Shown one piece after another: positions 56,224 through 64,000 of a stretch of DNA of 64,000 nt. Under the pieces are notes generated by a model. The model did no database searches. It worked only from the letters and a program-made list of their open reading frames with translations, and had not been told where the DNA came from. Position 1 is the first letter of the stretch. Each line of letters opens with the position of its first letter. Source of the stretch: Acidimicrobiales bacterium (lineage in GTDB: Bacteria > Actinomycetota > Acidimicrobiia > Acidimicrobiales > GCA-2861595). A program made the position numbers and the translations under genes. The stretch lies in the NCBI GenBank assembly GCA_030448025.1, contig JAUJNQ010000001.1:199258-263257 (forward strand). The letters are read 5' to 3'.

Positions 56224-57090
56224 GTGCCGCCGGGAGCTATTGCACTAGCCGATGTAACACCGATCGATGATACGGTCGGTCTGGTGTCCAGAGCCGAGCC
56301 CATCACCGTCGACGAGCTGGCCAGGCTGGCAGGTACCACCACCCGCAACGTACGCAACTACCAGACCCTGGGCCTGCTGCCGCCACCGACCATGGCCGGT
56401 CGGGTGGGCCACTACGACGAGGGCCACCTGGCCCGGCTCCGCATCATCGCCCGCCTCCAGGACCAAGGCTTCTCGCTCAGCGCCATCGCCGCCCTGCTCC
56501 GGGCGTGGGAGGACGGGAGGGCTCTGGCCGAGGTTCTCGGCTTCGAGCAGGCGCTCACCGCGCCCTGGAGCGAGGAACCACCCGAAGTGGTCTCGGCCGA
56601 GGAGCTCCTGGAGCTGTTCCCCGAGGCCGCTGGGGATCCCGTGGTGGCGGCGCGAGCCGTCGAGCTCGGACTCGTCGTCCCCGAGGCCGGCTCCTTCCGT
56701 CTCCCGAGCCCGAGCCTGGTGCGGGCGGGCGCCGAGCTGGTGGACGTGGGTGTCCCCTTGGCTGCCACCCAGGAGGAGGTGGCCGCCCTACGTGGCGACA
56801 TGGCTCGCGTGGCAGCCAGGTTCGTGGCTCTGTTCGAGAGTCACGTGTGGGAGCCGTTCGCCGCCGACGGGATGCCGGCCGAGCGGCTGGCCCAAGTCAC
56901 CGATGCCCTGCGCCGATTGCGGCCACTGGCGGCCATCGCCGTGACGTCGACCCTGGCCCATGCCATGGAGGAGGCAGTTGCGGCATCCACCGCCCTGCAG
57001 GCCGGACCGGCGCAACCCGATATCGACGCCAAACCCGGCCTCGACCTCCGACCCGAACCCGAAGCCGTCTCCGAAGGAGCTGCCCGATGA
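56224..57090 (+). CDS. MerR-family transcriptional regulator with long C-terminal domain
   Basis: ITVDELARLAGTTTRNVRNYQTLGLLPPP...GHYDEGHLARLRIIARLQDQGFSLSAI. No Cys-based metal-binding motif. The start is uncertain. Confidence 0.8.
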   Translation: MPPGAIALADVTPIDDTVGLVSRAEPITVDELARLAGTTTRNVRNYQTLGLLPPPTMAGRVGHYDEGHLARLRIIARLQDQGFSLSAIAALLRAWEDGRALAEVLGFEQALTAPWSEEPPEVVSAEELLELFPEAAGDPVVAARAVELGLVVPEAGSFRLPSPSLVRAGAELVDVGVPLAATQEEVAALRGDMARVAARFVALFESHVWEPFAADGMPAERLAQVTDALRRLRPLAAIAVTSTLAHAMEEAVAASTALQAGPAQPDIDAKPGLDLRPEPEAVSEGAAR

Positions 57091-58910
57091 GGTTCTCCAC
57101 CTCGTGGGACCACTGGATCTACGTGTCCCTCCCCTTCTTCCTCTACCTCGTTGTGGTGCTCGGCCTGCTCATCTGGGGCGAGCACGGCGCCGAGACGAAC
57201 ATCGTGAAGGTCTTCTTCCGTCGCATCTCGTGGAGCCTGGAGCGCCTCACCGGTCATCCCGGCTGGGTCATGGCCGGCGTGCTGAGCGGGCTCACCGTGC
57301 TGGGCGTGGCCATGCTGGGCCTGTACTGGGACGTCGCCTTCCACATCGACGTGGGCCGGGACAAGGAGCTGTTCACTCCTTCCCACACCATGATCGTGCT
57401 CGGCCTCGGTGGGCTGGTCTACAGCGCGGTGATCGCGGTGATCTTCGCCACCGTCGACCGGGCTCCCGTCGGGTGGCGCGTCTTCGCGCTGCGCATCCCC
57501 AGGTCGGCCGTCGCCTTGGCCGCTCTGGGCACGGGCGGCGTGGCCGCCTTCCCCCTCGACAACCTGTGGCACGAGGCCTACGGCGTGGATGTCACGCTGT
57601 GGAGCCCCACCCACCTCCAGCTCATCGCCGGTGGAGCGCTGGCGCCCATCGCCCTCTGGCTCATGCTGCGCGAAGGTGCGGCCGAGGCCCGGCCACGCCT
57701 CATCGGACGGGGCATCAGCGCGCTGGTGCTCGGGGCCGTGCTCACCGGGATGTCCGCCGTGCAGGGCGAGTTCGACTTTGGCGTTCCCCAGTTCCAGTTG
57801 AGCTGTCTGCCCATCCTGATCGCCGTCGCCGCCGGGTTCAGCCTGGTGGTGGCCCGTGTGGGCCTGGGCCTGGGCGGCGCCCTGAAGGCGGTGGTGGGCT
57901 TCCTCGTCCTGCGGGGCGCGGTGGCGCTCCTGGTGGGGGGCGCCCTCAACCACACCGTCCCCCGATTCCCCCTCTACCTGGCGTCGGCGGCGGTCGTGGA
58001 GCTCGCGGCCTGGGCACTGGGGACGGAGCGGCGGTTGCGCCTGGGCCTGGTCGCCGGCGCGCTGGTGGGCACGGTCGGCGTAGCAGGGGAGCTGGTGTGG
58101 GTCCAGGTCTCGGGCTGGTTCGGCACCGCCGTCGCCACGCTGCCCCCCACGGCCCTTCTCGCCGTGCCCGCCGCGGTCGGCGCAGCAGTGGTGGGGGCCT
58201 CGCTGGCTCGTGCCGTGCCGGGCGGCAGTCGAGTCCCGTGGGCGGCCACCGCCCTCGCCGCAGCAGCCCTAGTGGTGGCTCTGGCCGTGCCGCTTCCGAG
58301 GAACGTGGGGACGGTGGAGGCCACCATCCGCACCCAGCCGGGCGGTCCCACCACCGGTGTCCAGGTCGAGTTCCAGCCTGTCGACGCGGCCGAGGGTCAC
58401 TCTTTGGCCATCGTGTCGTGGCAGGGCGGCGGCCGGGTGCTCGCGGGGCTGCGTGAGGTCGGTCCGGGCCGCTACGTCTCGGCCCGACCGGTGCCGGTCG
58501 GAGGGAGCTGGAAGTCGATGCTCTCCCTCTACCGGGGTGACGAGGTCATGGCCGCGCCCGTCTACCTGCCCGCCGACCCCGAGATCGGAGCGCCCGAGGT
58601 GCCGGTGCTGCCGGAACGGCGGGAGCGCCTGGTGCGCAACACCCAGGTGTACCTGAGGGAGTCCCACGCCGGGTCGGCGTGGGTGAGAACGGCTGCCTAC
58701 ACCGGCGTGGCCGTCGTGGTCGGGGTGTGGATGGTGCTGTTCGCCCTCGCCTCTCGGGGGGCGGGGCGGCTGGACACAGTTCCGGTTCACCGGCCTCCCG
58801 ACCAGCCCGGTGGCAAGAGCCCTGAGGAGGTGGCCGACGTGGCCCCGAACGGTCAGGGGGAGGACTGGGCATCGGCGCTGCACCGCAGGCTGCTGGCGCA
58901 GCGTGATTGA
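57087..58910 (+). CDS. large polytopic membrane protein of unknown function with C-terminal extracytoplasmic domain
   Basis: ATG 57087 overlaps the MerR stop (ATGA). 607 aa, about 12 TM. Conserved-looking His motifs (YWDVAFHIDVGRD, FTPSHTMIV, DNLWHEAYG, WSPTHLQLI). The listed 801-aa ORF over-extends through the MerR gene. Confidence 0.6.
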   Translation: MRFSTSWDHWIYVSLPFFLYLVVVLGLLIWGEHGAETNIVKVFFRRISWSLERLTGHPGWVMAGVLSGLTVLGVAMLGLYWDVAFHIDVGRDKELFTPSHTMIVLGLGGLVYSAVIAVIFATVDRAPVGWRVFALRIPRSAVALAALGTGGVAAFPLDNLWHEAYGVDVTLWSPTHLQLIAGGALAPIALWLMLREGAAEARPRLIGRGISALVLGAVLTGMSAVQGEFDFGVPQFQLSCLPILIAVAAGFSLVVARVGLGLGGALKAVVGFLVLRGAVALLVGGALNHTVPRFPLYLASAAVVELAAWALGTERRLRLGLVAGALVGTVGVAGELVWVQVSGWFGTAVATLPPTALLAVPAAVGAAVVGASLARAVPGGSRVPWAATALAAAALVVALAVPLPRNVGTVEATIRTQPGGPTTGVQVEFQPVDAAEGHSLAIVSWQGGGRVLAGLREVGPGRYVSARPVPVGGSWKSMLSLYRGDEVMAAPVYLPADPEIGAPEVPVLPERRERLVRNTQVYLRESHAGSAWVRTAAYTGVAVVVGVWMVLFALASRGAGRLDTVPVHRPPDQPGGKSPEEVADVAPNGQGEDWASALHRRLLAQRD

Positions 58911-59247
58911 CCTCGCTCCGGCCATCTTCTCGAGGCTGGTTGCCGAGGCCCTCGATTCCATCCCGGACCCGTTGAGCGACGTGATGGACAACGTGGCCGT
59001 GGTGGTCGACGACGACAGCCCGCCCGGTGGCCTGTTCGGCGTCTACCAGGGGATCCCACTCACCGAGCGAAACGACTACGGCGGCATGGTGCTGCCCGAC
59101 AGGATCACCATCTTCCGCCGGACGATCTGCGCGTCCTGCGACACCGAGGAGGAGGTGGTGGCCCAGGTTCGGACCACGGTGCTGCACGAGGTCGGCCACC
59201 ACTTCGGGATCACCGACCAGCGACTCGAGGACCTGGGATGGGGATGA
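58903..59247 (+). CDS. zincin-like metallopeptidase family protein (DUF1025/MTH-type, HExxH)
   Basis: GTG overlaps the upstream stop. FSRLVAEALDSIPD...VAVVVDD...ITIFRR...VLHEVGHHFG. Confidence 0.75.
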   Translation: MIDLAPAIFSRLVAEALDSIPDPLSDVMDNVAVVVDDDSPPGGLFGVYQGIPLTERNDYGGMVLPDRITIFRRTICASCDTEEEVVAQVRTTVLHEVGHHFGITDQRLEDLGWG

Positions 59248-59309
59248 ACTCTCCCTTACGGCGGGCCGTCTGTCGTTTGGCCGAGCGTCAACGGGGAACC
59301 GGCAACGTC

Positions 59310-59785
59310 ATGAGGACCGGAGACGTAGCCGCAGCGGTGGGGAAGGGCTTGTTGGCGGGATTGGTGGGGACGGTGGCCATGACGCTGTCCAGCACGGCTG
59401 AGGCGAAGCTGCGGGGTCGAGGGTCGAGCTCGGCACCGGCAGACGCCGCGGCCAAGGTGCTCGGGGTCGAGCCCAAGGGCGATCGGGAGAAGGCGCGTTT
59501 CGCCACCGTCGTGCACTGGGGCTACGGGACGGGTTGGGGAGCGGTTCGTGGCCTGCTGGGCGCAGTGGGCATGAAGGGGCCGGCTGCAGCCGGCGCCCAC
59601 TTCGCTGCTGTTTGGGGGAGTGAGCTGGTCATGCTGCCCGCGCTAGACGTGGCCCCACCGATAACGGAATGGGCGCGGCCGAGGTCGGGGTGGGCGCGGC
59701 CCACCACCTCGTCTACGCCGTCGCCACGAGCCTGGCGTACGCCTTCCTCGGACAGCACCAATTTGAATCGGGCCACTTGAAGTGA
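59310..59785 (+). pseudogene. small membrane protein (DUF1440-like), apparent frameshift near 59660
   Basis: MRTGDVAAAVGKGLLAGLVGTVAMT...HWGYGTGWGAV in frame 59238..59780. A more protein-like end, GAAEVGVGAAHHLVYAVATSLAYAFLGQ, is in the adjacent frame and stops at 59785. Confidence 0.4.
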
Positions 59786-60075
59786 CTGACGACCGCAAGA
59801 CCGATGCCCCGTCCCTCGGAGCCAGGCTCCGTCAGCGGTGGTCCTGGGGTGTGACCGCAATGCTGGTGTTGTCCTTCCCGTTATCGACAGTTCTCTATGG
59901 CCCGCTCAGCATGAGTGCGGTCATCCTCATCGTTGCTGGCATTGCGGGATGGGCGTTTTCCTCTAAGGAGCCTGCCAAGGAGGCGGCACTCAGCTTGCTG
60001 ACCTACGGAGCAGCAATGCTACCGGCGCTGACAATAGTGATGGCAATAGCACTTTGGATGACGCGCAATCAGTAA
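59782..60075 (+). CDS. small hypothetical membrane protein
   Basis: 97 aa, 2-3 TM. GC is lower than the surroundings. GTG start overlaps the preceding stop. Confidence 0.35.
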   Translation: MTDDRKTDAPSLGARLRQRWSWGVTAMLVLSFPLSTVLYGPLSMSAVILIVAGIAGWAFSSKEPAKEAALSLLTYGAAMLPALTIVMAIALWMTRNQ

Positions 60076-60489
60076 CGATTCGATTCCTGAGAGTGGGTCA
60101 CCTCTTGATCGGCCCTGCCCGTGGCGGCGCCGTGGTCCAGTGCCGGCCATCGGGATCGGTGACCTCCAAGGTGGCGAGGTCCCACAGACCGGCAGCATCG
60201 AAGGCGCCCCACGGCGTCGGTGACCTTGGCGTCGAGGCGGTCCCGAAGGGCGAGTACCTCGGTGATGGCCACAGGGAGGGATCGACAAGTCTTCGATCTC
60301 GGGTGCCAGGCCCTCGAAACCCCGAGACCGTACGCACGTTCGGTGCCCTATGTCAAGCGTCATCTCTTGCAGCACAAGGGATCCGTGTATTGGGACTCGC
60401 CGGGGGCGACAGACGCCCGGCCCCTGACGACCCAAGTCCTATCGACTGCCCAGCCTGATCTCAGCGGGGTCACAGCCGGAGCGGCCACC

Positions 60490-61686
60490 ATGGTTGGCGT
60501 GCAACCTCCGACCCAACTGCCCCCAGGGCCACCGCCTTATCCCGGCGGCCCGGCTACCCCCCCTCCGCTTACTGGCTGGGGTCCACCCCCGCCACCCCCG
60601 CCACCTCCGCCGTCCCCCCGGCGGCGCCCACCGACGTGGCCGGGGGTAGCGGCCGTGGCCGTTGCCAGCACTCTGGTGGCGGGCCTGCTGGGCGGGGTCG
60701 TGGGTGCAGCGGTGACCGACGAAGACGGTCCCCGAGCACCGGCGGCACCGTCGACCATCGCTGCACCCGCCGGCAGCGCCGGAGCGGCTTCACCCAACGG
60801 CGCCAATTCGAGCATTCAGGGGATCGTGGCCAAGGTCCAGCCCAGCGTGGTGACCATCCGCACTGGGGGCGGCCGTTCGGGCGGCACCGGCACCGGGGTG
60901 CTGCTCAGCCCCGACGGCGAGGTGATGACCAACGCCCACGTGGTGGACGGGGCCTCGAACGTGCGGGTGTTGCTCGCCGGAGAGTCACAGGCACGACCGG
61001 CCAGGGTGATAGGGGCCGACGACTCCGAGGACCTTGCCCTTCTCCGCGTGGAAGGTGTCAACGGCCTGACCGCCGCTGAGCTGGGCCGCTCCGCCGACGT
61101 CCAGGTGGGCGAGGACGTGGTGGCCATCGGCAACGCTCTGGGCCTTGGAGGCACTCCCACCGTCACCCGGGGCATCGTGTCGGCGCTGAACCGGTCGGTG
61201 AGCTCCATCAACGGGCTCATCCAGACCGATGCCGCCATCAATCCCGGCAACTCGGGTGGTCCCCTGGTGAACGCCGCCGGCCAGGTGGTGGGCATCAACA
61301 CGGCGTCGGCCGGGGCCCGGGGCGGGGGTGCGGAGAACATCGGGTTCGCCATTCCCGTCGACAAGGCTCGCATGGTGGTGGACCGACTGCGCAAAGGGGA
61401 GAAGGCGGCGCCCACCGGCTACCTGGGGGTGGCCACCAGTGAGGCCGACGACGGGAGTGCCGGGGCTCAGGTCGGTGAGGTCGTGCCCGGTTCCCCCGCT
61501 GCCTCCGCGGGCCTCGAGCCGGGTGACGTGATCAGCAGCGTCGGCGGTGAGCCCGTTGCCACGCCGGGCGAGCTGGCAGCGGCCGTCCGCGAGCGTCGCC
61601 CCGGCGACCAGGTCGACATCGGGTTCCGTCGAGGAGGGCAGACGAGGACCGCCCGGGTGACCCTCGCCAGCCGCCCGCCGTCCTGA
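60490..61686 (+). CDS. HtrA/DegP/PepD-like trypsin-fold serine protease with PDZ domain and Pro-rich N-terminus
   Basis: ATG 60490. TM anchor, TNAHVV (His), DLALLRV (Asp), GNSGGPLVN (Ser), and a C-terminal PDZ (VVPGSPAASAGLEPGDVI). Confidence 0.88.
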   Translation: MVGVQPPTQLPPGPPPYPGGPATPPPLTGWGPPPPPPPPPPSPRRRPPTWPGVAAVAVASTLVAGLLGGVVGAAVTDEDGPRAPAAPSTIAAPAGSAGAASPNGANSSIQGIVAKVQPSVVTIRTGGGRSGGTGTGVLLSPDGEVMTNAHVVDGASNVRVLLAGESQARPARVIGADDSEDLALLRVEGVNGLTAAELGRSADVQVGEDVVAIGNALGLGGTPTVTRGIVSALNRSVSSINGLIQTDAAINPGNSGGPLVNAAGQVVGINTASAGARGGGAENIGFAIPVDKARMVVDRLRKGEKAAPTGYLGVATSEADDGSAGAQVGEVVPGSPAASAGLEPGDVISSVGGEPVATPGELAAAVRERRPGDQVDIGFRRGGQTRTARVTLASRPPS

Positions 61687-61725
61687 CCCTCGAAGGACGA
61701 TCAGAGCTCGGCGGGGCAGCATACG

Positions 61726-62427
61726 GTGGTGCAGCACGAGGCCGAGGGAAGGGTCCTCGTCGTCGACGACGAGGCCAACATCACCGACCTGGTGGGAACG
61801 GCCCTGCGCTACGTGGGCTTCGAGGTGGCCGTGGCCGACACCGGCCGGGGCGCTTTGGCTCAGGCCACCCAGTTCCGCCCCGACATCTTGGTGCTCGACG
61901 TGATGCTCCCGGACCTCGACGGCTTCGAGGTCACCCGCCGGCTGCGTTCGGAGGGCGTGCGGGTGCCGATCGTGTTCCTGACCGCTCGGGACCAGACCGC
62001 CGACCTGGTGGCCGGCCTCACCATGGGTGGCGACGACTACGTCACCAAGCCGTTCAGCCTCGAGGAGCTGGTGGCCAGGGTGCGGGCCGTGCTGCGCCGC
62101 ACCGCGGGCGAGGGCCCGAGGTCGACGGTGCTCCGGTTCGCCGACCTCGAGCTCGATGAGGACACCTACGAGGTGAGGCGGGCCGGAGAGGCCGTCGTAC
62201 TGACGGCCACCGAGTTCAACCTCCTGCACTACCTCATGGTCAATGCCAGGCGCGTGCTGTCCAAGACACAGATCCTCGACCACGTGTGGGCCTACGACTT
62301 CGGTGGAGACGCCAACGTCGTGGAGACCTACATCAGCTACCTGCGCAAGAAGGTGGACCACACCGATCCGCGGCTCATCCATACCGTACGGGGGGTGGGC
62401 TACGTGCTCCGAATGCCCACGAGCTAG
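61726..62427 (+). CDS. OmpR/PhoB-family response regulator
   Basis: VLVVDDE...DILVLDVMLPDLDGF...LTARD...KPF, and a winged-helix C-terminus (VRGVGYVL). Confidence 0.92.
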   Translation: MVQHEAEGRVLVVDDEANITDLVGTALRYVGFEVAVADTGRGALAQATQFRPDILVLDVMLPDLDGFEVTRRLRSEGVRVPIVFLTARDQTADLVAGLTMGGDDYVTKPFSLEELVARVRAVLRRTAGEGPRSTVLRFADLELDEDTYEVRRAGEAVVLTATEFNLLHYLMVNARRVLSKTQILDHVWAYDFGGDANVVETYISYLRKKVDHTDPRLIHTVRGVGYVLRMPTS

Positions 62428-63917
62428 TGCTTCGCCCAGGCCGGCCTCTGAGGCCGGTGTCGTTGCGGACCCGGCTGCTTGCCGGGGTCTTGGTGCTTGT
62501 GGCCGCCGGCCTGGTGGTGGCCAGCATCGCGACCTACACCGCCCTGCGGTCCTTCCTCACCACCAGGGTGGATGAGCAGCTCGTGGCTGCGGCCGCGCCC
62601 GTGGGACGGGAGCTGCTGTTCGGGTCCCGGCCGGGCGTGCGCACCACGAGCAAGGCCATCGTGCCCCTTGGGACCTACGCCCAACTGCGCAATGGGAGGG
62701 GTGAGGTCACGGCCACTCTCACGTCGACGTTCGGTGACGCCAGCGACCCACCTCCCGAGCTTCCGCCCGACTTGCCGCCCATGGATGGTGCGAGCAAGCG
62801 GCTGTTCAGCGTCGACGCCCAGAGCGGCGGGTCGTTCCGCTACCGCGTCCTGGCCACCCCTCTGTCGGGAGAATCACCCGAGGACGGTTCCCTCGTCGTG
62901 GCCCTGCCCCTGAGGGAGGTGAACCAAACGCTGCGACGGCTGCTCGTGATCGAGGGCGTGGTCACCGTGGTCGTCCTGGCCATGCTGGGGGCCGTCGGCT
63001 TCTGGCTCGTGCGAATGGGCCTGCGACCCCTCGGCCAGATCGAGGCCACGGCGGGGGCCATCGCCGGCGGCGACCTCACCCGCCGCATCGAGCGCGATGA
63101 CGAGCGCACCGAGGTCGGACGGCTCGGGCGGGCGCTGAACGCCATGCTCGGCCACATCGAGAGCGCCTTCGCCGAGCGAACCGCCTCGGAGCAGCGGCTC
63201 CGGCGCTTCGTGGCCGACGCCTCTCACGAGCTGCGCACCCCACTCACCTCCATCCGTGGCTATGCCGAGCTTTTCCGCCGGGGGGCATCGGAGCGTCCCG
63301 AGGATCTCAGCACCGCCATGCGCCGCATCGAGGAGGAGTCCGAGCGCATGGGCGTCCTGGTGGAGGACCTGCTGCTCCTGGCCCGCCTCGACCAAGGCCG
63401 GTCCCTGGCGCGGTCGCCCGTGGACCTGGTGCAGGTAGCGTCGGACGCCGTGGCCGATCTGCGGGTGGTGGAGGCGGATCGTCCCATTGACCTCGAGGGC
63501 GGCGGACGGGTGGTCGTCAGTGGCGACGAGGCCCGGCTGCGACAGGTGGCCGCCAACCTGTTGAGCAACGCCCGGCTCCACACCCCGAGCGGGACTCCAG
63601 TGCACGTGCGGGTGCGAGCGTCGCACGCCACGGCGGTGCTCGAGGTCGCCGACGAGGGCCCGGGCCTGGCCTCGGAGGAGTCCCAGCGGGTCTTCGAGCG
63701 GTTCTACCGCGCCGACCCCTCGAGGTCCAGAGCCAGCGGTGGCATCGGGCTCGGCCTCTCGATCGTGTCTGCCATCGCCGGGGCCCACGGGGGCGTGGCA
63801 ACCGTGGAGTCCGCTCCCGGGTCAGGCGCCACCTTCCGCGTGGAGCTACCCCTTGACCATGTCCCCGGGGATGCCCCCGACCATGCCCCCGGTCCCGGCC
63901 ACGAAGGAGAGCGCTGA
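62427..63917 (+). CDS. sensor histidine kinase (2 TM, HAMP, HisKA, HATPase_c)
   Basis: GTG overlaps the RR stop. FVADASHELRTPLTSI (H-box), NLLSNARLHTP (N-box), DEGPGL, GGIGLGLSIV. Confidence 0.88.
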   Translation: MLRPGRPLRPVSLRTRLLAGVLVLVAAGLVVASIATYTALRSFLTTRVDEQLVAAAAPVGRELLFGSRPGVRTTSKAIVPLGTYAQLRNGRGEVTATLTSTFGDASDPPPELPPDLPPMDGASKRLFSVDAQSGGSFRYRVLATPLSGESPEDGSLVVALPLREVNQTLRRLLVIEGVVTVVVLAMLGAVGFWLVRMGLRPLGQIEATAGAIAGGDLTRRIERDDERTEVGRLGRALNAMLGHIESAFAERTASEQRLRRFVADASHELRTPLTSIRGYAELFRRGASERPEDLSTAMRRIEEESERMGVLVEDLLLLARLDQGRSLARSPVDLVQVASDAVADLRVVEADRPIDLEGGGRVVVSGDEARLRQVAANLLSNARLHTPSGTPVHVRVRASHATAVLEVADEGPGLASEESQRVFERFYRADPSRSRASGGIGLGLSIVSAIAGAHGGVATVESAPGSGATFRVELPLDHVPGDAPDHAPGPGHEGER

Positions 63918-64000
63918 TGGACACCGCCGGCGACAGCAGCCCTGCCAGCCAACTGGAGCGGACCCTCTTCGAGGTCAAGCGGGTGATCGTGGGCCAGGGC
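63917..64000 (+). CDS. MoxR-like AAA+ ATPase, 5' partial (runs off the window)
   Basis: ATG overlaps the HK stop. MDTAGDSSPASQLERTLFEVKRVIVGQ resembles the MoxR N-terminal ..i.kvivGq motif. Only 28 codons are visible. Confidence 0.35.
   Translation, partial: MDTAGDSSPASQLERTLFEVKRVIVGQG

Noticed and set aside
60069-60340. Minus-strand gene remnant upstream of htrA (MAITEVLALRDRLDAKVTDAVG... / ...FDAAGLWDLATLEVTDPDGRHWT)
   Set aside because: The two short frames could be a frameshifted DinB/MDMPI-like fragment, but the similarity is too weak and short to support a call.

Overview
High-GC, Actinomycetota-type chromosomal segment. Supporting signs are a leaderless-type promoter, an F420/Ddn-like enzyme, and an htrA plus OmpR/HK arrangement similar to MprAB-PepD. 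Content falls into five blocks.

(1) 4.5-12.6 kb: an intact, translationally coupled complex-I-like operon, nuoA-[degenerate NuoB/NuoD fusion]-H-J-K-L-M-N. It has no NuoC/E/F/G/I and no Fe-S ligands. This is the best candidate for an undescribed system.

(2) 12.7-25.8 kb: a copper-homeostasis island directly upstream of that operon. It holds csoR-copA, CsoR-type operators inside promoter spacers, a 40-bp double-box palindrome, Met/His-rich secreted proteins, three DUF2933-like paralogs, two paralogous CxDC mini-membrane proteins, an F510_1955-like beta-propeller, a DsbD_2-cupredoxin fusion, an HMA protein, and TlpA.

(3) 26-41.9 kb: metal and iron genes. These are a DtxR-family repressor with MntR-like ligand substitutions, bfd-bfr, an FbpABC-type importer, and a FecBCD/BtuFCD-type importer followed by two coupled uncharacterised paralogs. 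Two promoters share a TTAGG-N4-CCTAA palindrome. A lipid-linked glycosylation cluster (GT-C, GT2, epimerase, HpcH-like, flippase-like) is interleaved.

(4) 42-51.5 kb: a decayed accessory patch with TA modules, an IS256 relic, KAP-NTPase, helicase, UvrD and nucleotidyltransferase fragments, an HD-GYP protein and arfB.

(5) 51.5-64 kb: housekeeping and stress genes (pirin, flavoprotein disulfide reductase, alpha/beta hydrolase, a MerR-membrane-zincin operon, htrA, and a two-component system).

About 20 frameshifts or truncations are visible, concentrated in accessory genes, while the long operons are intact. All family assignments are by eye from the supplied translations; no searches were run. 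No rRNA, tRNA or CRISPR was found.
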